In this document: one piece after another, positions 56,342 through 64,000 of the stretch
Layout of the letters: every line of letters starts with the position of its first letter
Numbering within the stretch: position 1 is the first letter of the stretch
Virus record (IMG/VR): IMGVR_UViG_3300012984_000013
Location: 13,581-77,580 of that record
Strand: one strand, 5' to 3'
Length of the DNA: 64,000 nucleotides
Source of the DNA: a virus
Lineage: Duplodnaviria; Heunggongvirae; Uroviricota; Caudoviricetes
Notes under the pieces: generated by a model
Seen by the model: the letters and a program-made list of their open reading frames with translations, nothing else
What the model was told of the DNA's origin: nothing
Databases searched by the model: none
Program-made: the position numbers and the translations under genes

Positions 56342-56797
56342 ATGGAATCTTTTAAAAAACAATATGATAAGATAGTAGGAGCTTATCTAAGAAATGAACT
56401 AAATCCTATGCTCAATTGTGCCTGTTTTATTGGTAATTTACTTAATAATTCAGATAGATGGGCTTATCTAAGATCAAATAATTGCAGTTTTCTTGGTGAT
56501 CCCTATCATTATGATCCTCTTTTTAAAGATCTTACTAGTGTATTTAGAGAAGAAGGTAAAACTCTTATTCAAGAAAGTGGATACAGTCAAAATGATATAT
56601 TTAAGCTTGAGAAGACGTTTTTAAATACTTGTTATCCTGGTGTACAGCCTACATTCTATGCGGCATGTAAAGTACGGGAAGATAATCTATTTAAGGCTAT
56701 GGAGGTAACTCTACTAGAACTTAGAAAGATTCATGAAGAAGCTGGTGAGGTTATAGAAGACTATAACTTTGAAAAAAGAGTATTAGAAACAGTATAA
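56342..56797 (+). CDS. Hypothetical protein (151 aa after start correction)
   Basis: The track ORF begins inside the terminator hairpin. The internal Met (MESFKKQYDK...) follows the terminator. Confidence 0.5.
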   Translation: MESFKKQYDKIVGAYLRNELNPMLNCACFIGNLLNNSDRWAYLRSNNCSFLGDPYHYDPLFKDLTSVFREEGKTLIQESGYSQNDIFKLEKTFLNTCYPGVQPTFYAACKVREDNLFKAMEVTLLELRKIHEEAGEVIEDYNFEKRVLETV

Positions 56798-56919
56798 TAA
56801 AACATGAGAGGGCAGTCAATATTCCGTACTATAGCGGGAATATATCCATACTATAGTCATAGTAGCTTTTGACGTCATTTTAAGCTATTATGGCCCTTTT
56901 ATTTTCAAATCCCTAATAT

Positions 56920-57504
56920 ATGAGTAAAAGAAGAGAATATGTTAAAATAGTTTATGATTCTGGGTTCAACTTTGGTAATTGTGCTTTAAGGGCACTTGCT
57001 AGAGCAGTTTATCTAGATACAGATAATGAGTATTTTAATCTGACGATTAAAGCTCTAGTAAACATGAAAGAGGTTGAAGAAGGTTTATCTTTCTATCAGA
57101 TTAAAAAGATCCTTAATTTCCTTGTAAAAGCAGGTAAAATAACTATAGCTTATTATCCAAATACTTATAGGTTAAGTTATCTGTCCCTAGTAGCTGCTAA
57201 TCCTGATAGAGATATACTAAGTCATTTCGACGGTCATTTATCTTGTGCTAGAAAAGGCGAGATATTAGATGGTTACTATAGTCAGGAAGAAATAAGAAAA
57301 GAGAAACCTACTGGATGGTGGTTTATAACCAAAATTAGTAATAAACCTAAAACTGACATTGAGTATACTGAACGTAGAACTTATAGTCTAGGTACTGCTG
57401 GTCTAAGTTACGCAACTTATCGTAGTTCAAATCCACCAGTAACATTTAATTATAGTCATTGGTTTGATGCTCACGTAGAAGAATTTAAAAATCAAAAAAC
57501 ATGA
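56920..57504 (+). CDS. Hypothetical protein (194 aa)
   Basis: ORF with ATGA overlap to the following membrane-protein gene. Confidence 0.5.
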   Translation: MSKRREYVKIVYDSGFNFGNCALRALARAVYLDTDNEYFNLTIKALVNMKEVEEGLSFYQIKKILNFLVKAGKITIAYYPNTYRLSYLSLVAANPDRDILSHFDGHLSCARKGEILDGYYSQEEIRKEKPTGWWFITKISNKPKTDIEYTERRTYSLGTAGLSYATYRSSNPPVTFNYSHWFDAHVEEFKNQKT

Positions 57505-58040
57505 AAATATTCACACTTAAAACAGGAAATATAGTTAATGCTAGTATATTTTTTATACTAGGATTAGGTCTAGCATCAACAAGTACTATTCTTAACCATA
57601 ATCCATATGGTCCAGAATATGCATTCTTTAATAGTTTATGGCCAGGACTAGTAGGACTAATGATGATGTCTTACTATATTATAGACCTACATGCACAATA
57701 TCATGCTTGGTTAATGGAGGTTAAAAAGAAGAAACCCAACCATTTGGAAGCATGGATATTTAGAGCTATATTAGGAATAGGATTCTGTTTCCTGATACAT
57801 GCATACTATCATAACTTTCAAAAGTTAACTTGGTTACTTCTATTTACACCATTCTGGTTCCTTTTGGTATTTAACCCTAGATTGAACAAATATAGAGAAT
57901 TACCATTCTTTTATATAGCTAAAAAGGACGATGGTTCTTGGTTAGATGGTATATTTAACAATTCTAAATGGGGTGGTGAGATTCTATATGGAATATCCAT
58001 AGTAGCTGCTCTATTCTGTGCTTACATGTATATAAAATGA
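57501..58040 (+). CDS. Four-TM membrane protein (179 aa)
   Basis: Four hydrophobic segments. Confidence 0.5.
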   Translation: MKIFTLKTGNIVNASIFFILGLGLASTSTILNHNPYGPEYAFFNSLWPGLVGLMMMSYYIIDLHAQYHAWLMEVKKKKPNHLEAWIFRAILGIGFCFLIHAYYHNFQKLTWLLLFTPFWFLLVFNPRLNKYRELPFFYIAKKDDGSWLDGIFNNSKWGGEILYGISIVAALFCAYMYIK

Positions 58041-58243
58041 GTAAACAAAGAGAAGATCTTATCAGGGAATCCTCAGTTAGAGGGTTCCTTGGTTATAAAA
58101 ACCCTAATAAAGTATCAAGGGTGGAAATAAAAGCAACTGATAGATATTGGGACATTTCTGGTGAAATAGTGGTAGACGCTATTTTTATAAAGAATGTATG
58201 GTATACCTGGGATAAGAAAACAGAATCCTGGATTAAAGCTTAA
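58037..58243 (+). CDS. Small protein (68 aa)
   Basis: ORF with ATGA overlap. Confidence 0.5.
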   Translation: MSKQREDLIRESSVRGFLGYKNPNKVSRVEIKATDRYWDISGEIVVDAIFIKNVWYTWDKKTESWIKA

Positions 58244-58367
58244 TAACTTATGACATGGACAATATTAGGTATAAATCTTATACCTGGAGAGGTATATTAT
58301 TTAGAAAATCCACAAAATTGGCTAACCCACTGTAATAGTGTAAATTTGCAAAGAAAATACTTAAAAT

Positions 58368-60506
58368 ATGGATATAAAAGTTATCATTTATGATTGTGAA
58401 ACCTATCTAGAATTCTTTCTACTCAAGTTATATAATCCAGATAGAGATAAATGGTATGAATTTAGGGTAAATAGATGGATTAATCAGGTAGACTCTATGA
58501 TCAGATTTCTTGAGAACCATAAAGATTACTATCTTGTGGGATATAATTCCCTATCTTTTGATGCTCAGATATTAGAGTGGATATATAGAAACTATGAATC
58601 CTGGCATGAGTCAAGTGGGATAGAAATAGCCTCTAAGATATGTCAAAAAGCTCAAGACACTATTGATAACTCTAATTATGAGGTATTCCCAGAATATAGA
58701 GAAAAGAATCTATCATTTAAACAGATAGATATATTTAGAGTAAATCATTGGGATAACAAAAATGCCAGAGTTTCACTAAAAAGACTAGCTTTTGAAATGG
58801 ATATGGAACTAATTGAGGAACTTCCCATTCCATTTAACAAAGTAGATTTATCTAAAGAAGAAGTAGAAAAAGTATCTGAATACTGTAAAAATGATTGCTT
58901 AGTAACCTATAATGGATGGTTGTATACAATTGGAGAAGTAGATCATCCCTTATATAAGGGAAATAATCAGATACAAATAAGACTAGATATTCAGGATAAG
59001 TATGGAATTCCTTGTTTAAATAACTCAAACGCCAAAATTGGTGACGAAATAATAAAGAAATACTATTGTGAGAGTAAAGGAATAGAATACTCAAAACTTC
59101 CGAAGAAAGGATTCTTTAGAAAGTCTATAGCTCTAAAAAACTGTATACCAAATACAATATCATTTAAAACTAAGCATCTGCAAGACTTTTTAAAGGAAAC
59201 TAAGTCTAAAACTCTAGGAATAGATGAAGATTTTGAGAATTCTATAAAATTCTATGGACAGGAATATACTTTTGCTAAGGGAGGTGTGCATAATGTAATA
59301 AACGGTAAGGTATATCAATCTGATGAAAAAAATGATCTTGTAGATATAGATGTAAGTGGATGGTATCCAGCTATAATCATTAATAATAAATATTATCCAT
59401 ATCATTTAGGGAAAGAGTTTCTTGAAGGTTATTCCAGAGTTTACTATGAAAGGATTCCTCTTAAACCTTTAGCTAAGAAGGATAATAAGATTAAAGGTAT
59501 AGTAGAAGCTCTAAAACAAGCAGGTAACTGTCCTTATGGGAAGTCTATGGATATGCAATCATGGTTATATGATAGACAAATGGGCTTAGCTACCTGCTTA
59601 ACAGGAGAATTTGGTCTTTTAATGCTTATAGAATCTTGTGAACTACAAGGAATTAAGTGTATAATGGCTAATACTGATGGAGCTACATTTATAATACCTA
59701 AAGATAAAAGAGATCTATTCAATGTTATAAAGAAGGATTGGTTAACTAGTATCTCCAGAGAGCTAACTTATGAAATTGAGGAAGTTGAGTATGAAAAGAT
59801 GATATTTTCTACAGTTAATGATTATCTGGCTATAAAAAAGGACAAAGATGCTAAGGATAGGGTGAAATTGAAAGGGGACTTTGTAAAAGACTTTTTACTA
59901 AGAATGAACAAGTCTAAGAAGGTAGTAGCTATTGCTCTTGAAAAGTATTACATGGATAATATTCCTGTTGAAAAGACCATAAAAGAGCATACAAACATCT
60001 ATGATTTCTGTATCAGGCAAAAAGCATCCAAAGACTTCCATTATGAGGGAATAAAGAACAGCAAATCTATTGATATCCCTAATAGTGAATTACTAAAATT
60101 AGGATGGTATGAAACTATTGATGGTACATTTCAACATCTAACAGATAAAAGACCATTAATTGAAGTAATTGGTCAATTAAAGATAGAAAAACTAAGAAAT
60201 GAGCCTAAATCTATCTATAAGAAGCTTATCAGATACTATATATCCAATTCTGGCGAAAGGCTTTTTAAGATAAAAGAACCTCATTGTACAACAAATGCTG
60301 CTCCAATTAGTATGTTAGAAAAAAGAGATGATGGTTCTCAATATCTTATAAAAGAGTGTAATTATCTACCTAAAGATACTAAAATATCAGATATGAACTT
60401 AAATTATCAATATTATATCGATAAAGCTAACAAGATAATAGATAAGATTAAATTAGAAGGTAGAAAGAGTATAAAGGTTATACCAAATCAAATGTCATTA
60501 TTTTAA
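58368..60506 (+). CDS. Family-B DNA polymerase with 3'-5' exonuclease domain (712 aa)
   Basis: Exo I IIYDCETY. Exo II YNSLSFDAQ. Exo III YCKNDCL. Motif A DIDVSGWYPAII (DxxSLYPS-like). Motif B KQAGNCPYGKS (KxxxNSxYG). Motif C MANTDGATF. Confidence 0.8.
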   Translation: MDIKVIIYDCETYLEFFLLKLYNPDRDKWYEFRVNRWINQVDSMIRFLENHKDYYLVGYNSLSFDAQILEWIYRNYESWHESSGIEIASKICQKAQDTIDNSNYEVFPEYREKNLSFKQIDIFRVNHWDNKNARVSLKRLAFEMDMELIEELPIPFNKVDLSKEEVEKVSEYCKNDCLVTYNGWLYTIGEVDHPLYKGNNQIQIRLDIQDKYGIPCLNNSNAKIGDEIIKKYYCESKGIEYSKLPKKGFFRKSIALKNCIPNTISFKTKHLQDFLKETKSKTLGIDEDFENSIKFYGQEYTFAKGGVHNVINGKVYQSDEKNDLVDIDVSGWYPAIIINNKYYPYHLGKEFLEGYSRVYYERIPLKPLAKKDNKIKGIVEALKQAGNCPYGKSMDMQSWLYDRQMGLATCLTGEFGLLMLIESCELQGIKCIMANTDGATFIIPKDKRDLFNVIKKDWLTSISRELTYEIEEVEYEKMIFSTVNDYLAIKKDKDAKDRVKLKGDFVKDFLLRMNKSKKVVAIALEKYYMDNIPVEKTIKEHTNIYDFCIRQKASKDFHYEGIKNSKSIDIPNSELLKLGWYETIDGTFQHLTDKRPLIEVIGQLKIEKLRNEPKSIYKKLIRYYISNSGERLFKIKEPHCTTNAAPISMLEKRDDGSQYLIKECNYLPKDTKISDMNLNYQYYIDKANKIIDKIKLEGRKSIKVIPNQMSLF

Positions 60507-60516
60507 ACAAAAAATT

Positions 60517-60720
60517 ATGGAACGAGAAGAATTATTAGCAGAAGATCGTCCATTTGACGAAGAGTATGAACAACACCTCAAGGAGGTAGAAGTTGTAAGA
60601 AGTAAAGCTGAAAGCTATTGGGATACTTTCCATAAGTATGACAAGTATCCTACACAAGGTAAAGAAGACTATATTAATGGTTTTGTAGCTGGTTGGTTTC
60701 AAAGAGCAGGAATAAGATGA
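60517..60720 (+). CDS. Small acidic protein (67 aa)
   Basis: ORF from the track. Confidence 0.45.
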   Translation: MEREELLAEDRPFDEEYEQHLKEVEVVRSKAESYWDTFHKYDKYPTQGKEDYINGFVAGWFQRAGIR

Positions 60721-60965
60721 TTGTAAATAGATCAAATATCCTGGAACATCTACTGGAAAAGCATCTAAATCTAGTTGAAAAGACTACTTTAGATGCTTTA
60801 TTTGAAAAGAACTGGAGAAGTAAATGGACTATCTCCAGACAACAACATGAGGAATTTAAAAGATACTGTATACCTTTAATTAAACGTATTTTCAAGTGTA
60901 ATAAGACTAAAGCAGTTAATACATTTGAATGGTTTATGACTAACTATGGACTAACAATTAAATAA
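60717..60965 (+). CDS. Small protein (82 aa after start correction)
   Basis: The ATG at 60717 forms an ATGA overlap with the upstream stop. The longer track ORF overlaps by 28 nt. Confidence 0.45.
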   Translation: MIVNRSNILEHLLEKHLNLVEKTTLDALFEKNWRSKWTISRQQHEEFKRYCIPLIKRIFKCNKTKAVNTFEWFMTNYGLTIK

Positions 60966-60972
60966 CTTTATT

Positions 60973-61161
60973 ATGACTGAAGAAGATTATAAGAAGGAAG
61001 CAGCTTTTATTCAAGCTGAAATTGAATTTAAAGAAAACTTTGAGTTAGAGATGGAATTTACACAAAAACCTGCTAATATTGCAGTACAAACTAAAGACGG
61101 ATTTTTAAATTATGGGACTGTTACTCGGCGTCTGCCATTTAAAGGAGTTATACAAAAATAA
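60973..61161 (+). CDS. Small protein (62 aa)
   Basis: ORF from the track. Confidence 0.45.
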   Translation: MTEEDYKKEAAFIQAEIEFKENFELEMEFTQKPANIAVQTKDGFLNYGTVTRRLPFKGVIQK

Positions 61162-61729
61162 TTATACTTCTGACATAGCTATTCTATTAAAATCCTTTGA
61201 AGAAGGGGTTAATATAGAAGAAATGTGTGCAGAAAACACTAAGTTGAAAGCGTTGTATGATACTATAGTAAGAAAAGGATTAATAAGTGATAATAAAATT
61301 ACACTACTGGGGAAAGAACTTTTATCTTTCCTCAGTACAGAAGGAGAAGTAAAACTAGTCAAAAAGGTAGTAAAAGATGATGGTTTTGACAGATGGTGGA
61401 CTATATATCCTGGTACAGACTCCTTTGAATATAATAACAGGACATTTAAGGGAACTAGAGCTATGAGGGTCAAAAAGGATGATTGTAAGACCAAAATCAA
61501 AAATATCCTTAATGAAGGTGAATACACAATAGATGATCTTATTGGAGCCTTAGAGATAGAAGTATTTCAAAAGAAGGAAAATAGTGTGAAAACAGGTCAA
61601 AATAAGCTATCCTATATGCAAAACTCACTAACCTACCTAAATCAGAGAAGTTTTGAGCCATTCATAGAGCTTTATAAAGCTGGTCATAAAGAGAAGAAAG
61701 AACCTAACTATGGAGGAGTAGAAATATAA
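61112..61729 (+). CDS. Replication-associated protein candidate (helicase-loader / initiator position; 205 aa, start uncertain)
   Basis: Immediately upstream of the DnaB-like helicase with 1-nt overlap. No motif found; the N-terminus overlaps the previous ORF. Confidence 0.35.
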   Translation: MGLLLGVCHLKELYKNNYTSDIAILLKSFEEGVNIEEMCAENTKLKALYDTIVRKGLISDNKITLLGKELLSFLSTEGEVKLVKKVVKDDGFDRWWTIYPGTDSFEYNNRTFKGTRAMRVKKDDCKTKIKNILNEGEYTIDDLIGALEIEVFQKKENSVKTGQNKLSYMQNSLTYLNQRSFEPFIELYKAGHKEKKEPNYGGVEI

Positions 61730-62820
61730 TGGAAGAAGAAGAAAAACCTAAATCAGGATTTGATCATCTTAAAGATGAGGTTCAAAGAGGTATTGAAGGT
61801 AAGAATAACGGTATACCAATAGGTTTTAACAGAATTAACCGATATATAGGTATTCGTAAAAGAATTATGACTCTTATATTTGGTCCTACAGGATCAGGTA
61901 AAACTAGTTTAATGCATGATATGTATATCCTTAATCCTTTTGACTACTTCCTGAAAAATAGAGATATAAAGAGGAACTATAAGTTCATTCTATTCTCTAT
62001 GGAAAGAAGTAAAGTCTATGTACTGGCTAAATGGATTAGTAGAAAGATCTTCATAGAAGAAGGTATTTATATCCCTATTCAGAAGCTATTGGGTTGGTGG
62101 ACTGATAATAGGCTTACAAAAGATGAACATGATCTATTTTTACATTACCAGTGGTATATAGACGAAATACTGGAGATGGTAGACTTTGTAGAAGGTCCGC
62201 AGAATCCTACTGGTATATACAAATATGTAAAGAACTTTGCTGAAAAACATGGTAGAGTTGAGGAAATAAGTGAATTTAAGAAGGTTTACATACCTAATGA
62301 CCCTGATTTAATAGTAGGTATAGGTGAAGATCACTTAGGTCTAACCAAGCTTGAAAAAGGCTTAAATACCAAAAAAGAAGCTATTGATAAGGTAAGTGAG
62401 TATAACCAAGTATTCAGAGATTTCTATGGATTTACACCAGTACCAGTTAGTCAGCTTACCAGGAACCTTAATAATCCTATATATCAGAAGATGGATAGCT
62501 TTGAACCTACTATTGATGATATTAAAGAATCAGGTAGACCTGGAGAAGATAGTGATGTAGTAATATCTATATTTGAACCTCTTAGATACCGTACAAATGA
62601 TCCTAGCTATAAAGCTGAAAACTTTGTAGATCAAAGTACAGGGGCTAAGTACTTTAGGAGTGTTAAAATACTTAAAAATAGCTACGGAGAAGATGATGTA
62701 CGTGCTGGTTTAGCTTTTATGGGTAGTACATCTATCCTGAAAGAACTACCTAAAGCAAGAGAAATGGAAGGATTTGACTTCCAACAAATATTTAATGGGC
62801 AATATTTCTTAAATAATTAA
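61729..62820 (+). CDS. DnaB-family (SF4) replicative helicase, C-terminal RecA-like domain (363 aa)
   Basis: Walker A FGPTGSGKTS. FSMERSK matches DnaB H1a (SLEMS). VSQLTRNLNN matches the H4 SQLNR motif. Confidence 0.7.
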   Translation: MEEEEKPKSGFDHLKDEVQRGIEGKNNGIPIGFNRINRYIGIRKRIMTLIFGPTGSGKTSLMHDMYILNPFDYFLKNRDIKRNYKFILFSMERSKVYVLAKWISRKIFIEEGIYIPIQKLLGWWTDNRLTKDEHDLFLHYQWYIDEILEMVDFVEGPQNPTGIYKYVKNFAEKHGRVEEISEFKKVYIPNDPDLIVGIGEDHLGLTKLEKGLNTKKEAIDKVSEYNQVFRDFYGFTPVPVSQLTRNLNNPIYQKMDSFEPTIDDIKESGRPGEDSDVVISIFEPLRYRTNDPSYKAENFVDQSTGAKYFRSVKILKNSYGEDDVRAGLAFMGSTSILKELPKAREMEGFDFQQIFNGQYFLNN

Positions 62821-62827
62821 AAAAAGA

Positions 62828-63436
62828 ATGGTAAATAACAAACAACTTATAATTCCTCTTCTTCAATTTCCACACAAAGATATATTCTACTTTGTACAGA
62901 TTCTGGAGAGGAAGAAAGACCATCCTTTAGGTGGTATAACAGGAGCTAATAATAACAGTAGGTTGATTAAAGCCTACTTTATTACTTCCATAGAGAAGTT
63001 AGAGAAACAATGGGACGAAATGGTTAAACTAGCTGAAGTATTTGAAGCTAGGGTTATGATTAACCTTAATCCTAGGAACTTTAGGAAAGCTGGTTTTCAT
63101 TTACTCCAGAAAATAGCTAATTCTATGTCTAATGATGACTTTTACAATCTACATAGAGCTTTTACCTCAGTATGCGGAGAATATCATGCGGAGATTGATA
63201 AACGTTGGATTGTAGACATAGATAAGGAAGACTTGGATAAATTAGATGAAATTCAGGCTTTTATTCAGGCAGAACATGATAAAATCAACAAAAAGGACTA
63301 CAATATCCTATCTATTCTACCTACAAGGTCTGGAAAACATATAATTACTAATCCCTTTAATGCGGAGAATTTTGGTAAAACTTTCCCTGGAATTGAATAT
63401 CACAAGAATAATCCTACCAATCTTTATATTCCATGA
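62828..63436 (+). CDS. Hypothetical replication-module protein (202 aa)
   Basis: ORF from the track. Confidence 0.5.
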   Translation: MVNNKQLIIPLLQFPHKDIFYFVQILERKKDHPLGGITGANNNSRLIKAYFITSIEKLEKQWDEMVKLAEVFEARVMINLNPRNFRKAGFHLLQKIANSMSNDDFYNLHRAFTSVCGEYHAEIDKRWIVDIDKEDLDKLDEIQAFIQAEHDKINKKDYNILSILPTRSGKHIITNPFNAENFGKTFPGIEYHKNNPTNLYIP

Positions 63437-63633
63437 GTTATCTAGGTAAAAGAATAGAGGTAAAGATACCTAAAAGGGATGAAAAAGGTAAACTTACTAA
63501 AGAATGGCAAATTGTAAGAGGTATTTGTCAATCAGAACCTCAAGAAAACAAATTTTTAGGTATACCTTTACAAACCGTGGTTGACAGAATGCCGGTTGAA
63601 TTAAAATCACTAAATGATATAAAAATAGTATGA
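63433..63633 (+). CDS. Small protein (66 aa)
   Basis: ATGA overlap with the upstream gene. Confidence 0.45.
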   Translation: MSYLGKRIEVKIPKRDEKGKLTKEWQIVRGICQSEPQENKFLGIPLQTVVDRMPVELKSLNDIKIV

Positions 63634-63905
63634 AAACAGTAGAAGAATTTTTAGATGGTTTTGAACCTATACTTTTTGTTGAAACAAGTCCATTTACTCT
63701 AGACTCAGTTATTTTAAAGTCTGATGTATCTCACTTAATGATAGAATTTGCTAAAATGCATGTAGAAGCTGCTTTAAAAGCTGCTAGTGAACAAGCAACG
63801 AATGAAACAGATTATCATTGGAATGGAGAAGATGAGGTTCCTGTTACAGGAGATATGGATAAATTTTCTATTTTAAATGCTTATCCTTTAACTAATATAA
63901 AATGA
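63630..63905 (+). CDS. Small protein (91 aa)
   Basis: ATGA overlap with the upstream gene. Confidence 0.45.
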   Translation: MKTVEEFLDGFEPILFVETSPFTLDSVILKSDVSHLMIEFAKMHVEAALKAASEQATNETDYHWNGEDEVPVTGDMDKFSILNAYPLTNIK

Positions 63906-64000
63906 CATACAAAGACGTAGTAAATATGTACTCCAAGAAGGGGTACATATTTAGAACTGAGAAGATGAGGTTAAATCTAGGAGCTATTCGAAGTAAGGAT
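63902..64000 (+). CDS. Partial CDS (N-terminal 33 aa), continues beyond the window end
   Basis: ATG at 63902 overlaps the stop of the previous gene (ATGA) and is open to the window end (MTYKDVVNMYSKKGYIFRTEKMRLNLGAIRSKD...). Confidence 0.4.
   Translation, partial: MTYKDVVNMYSKKGYIFRTEKMRLNLGAIRSKD

Noticed and set aside
1-64000. Prophage or integration signals (integrase, att sites next to tRNAs, repressor)
   Set aside because: No integrase or repressor-like ORF was recognised. The tRNAs are phage-encoded islands flanked by HNH genes rather than att-associated host tRNAs. The sequence looks like a virulent phage genome segment.

Overview
The window reads as a contiguous piece of an AT-rich, apparently lytic tailed-phage genome; GC is visibly low, roughly 30% by eye. 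No integrase, host genes or CRISPR array are visible. Layout: (i) 1-37.2 kb is one long minus-strand late/structural block. From high to low coordinate it holds a terminase small-subunit candidate, terminase large subunit, portal, an SPFH/band-7-like protein, an E/K-rich scaffold-like protein and a 522-aa major-capsid candidate. It continues with a tRNA, structural proteins, a tail fibre with a phage tail-collar motif (PDLRGR), a metallophosphoesterase, an HNH endonuclease and a 1583-aa tail-tip or muzzle-like protein. It ends with three large proteins and a giant ORF (>2745 aa) that runs off the window start. That order (TerL-portal-MCP-tail-very large proteins-giant protein) resembles crAss-like podoviruses, but this is inference. 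(ii) 37.2-41.5 kb holds small minus-strand genes and a tRNA island (Cys, Tyr, Asn, Trp, Pro and an Ala-like gene) interleaved with HNH endonucleases. It also holds one isolated, GC-richer plus-strand gene flanked by its own terminator on the + strand. (iii) 41.5-43.3 kb is a strand-switch or control region with almost no ORFs, carrying repeats and two tiny early genes. (iv) 43.3-64 kb is a plus-strand early/middle block. It contains many micro-ORFs with ATGA start/stop overlaps, a recurring TTTAAACCCTTAA motif just upstream of start codons, and two more HNH genes. It contains a lysis cassette (GH108-type endolysin, holin-like membrane proteins, lipoprotein), a tRNA-like gene with a 13-nt anticodon loop and a second tRNA-CAT. 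Its replication genes are a family-B DNA polymerase and a DnaB-family helicase. All functional calls rest on motif recognition by eye; no database search was possible.
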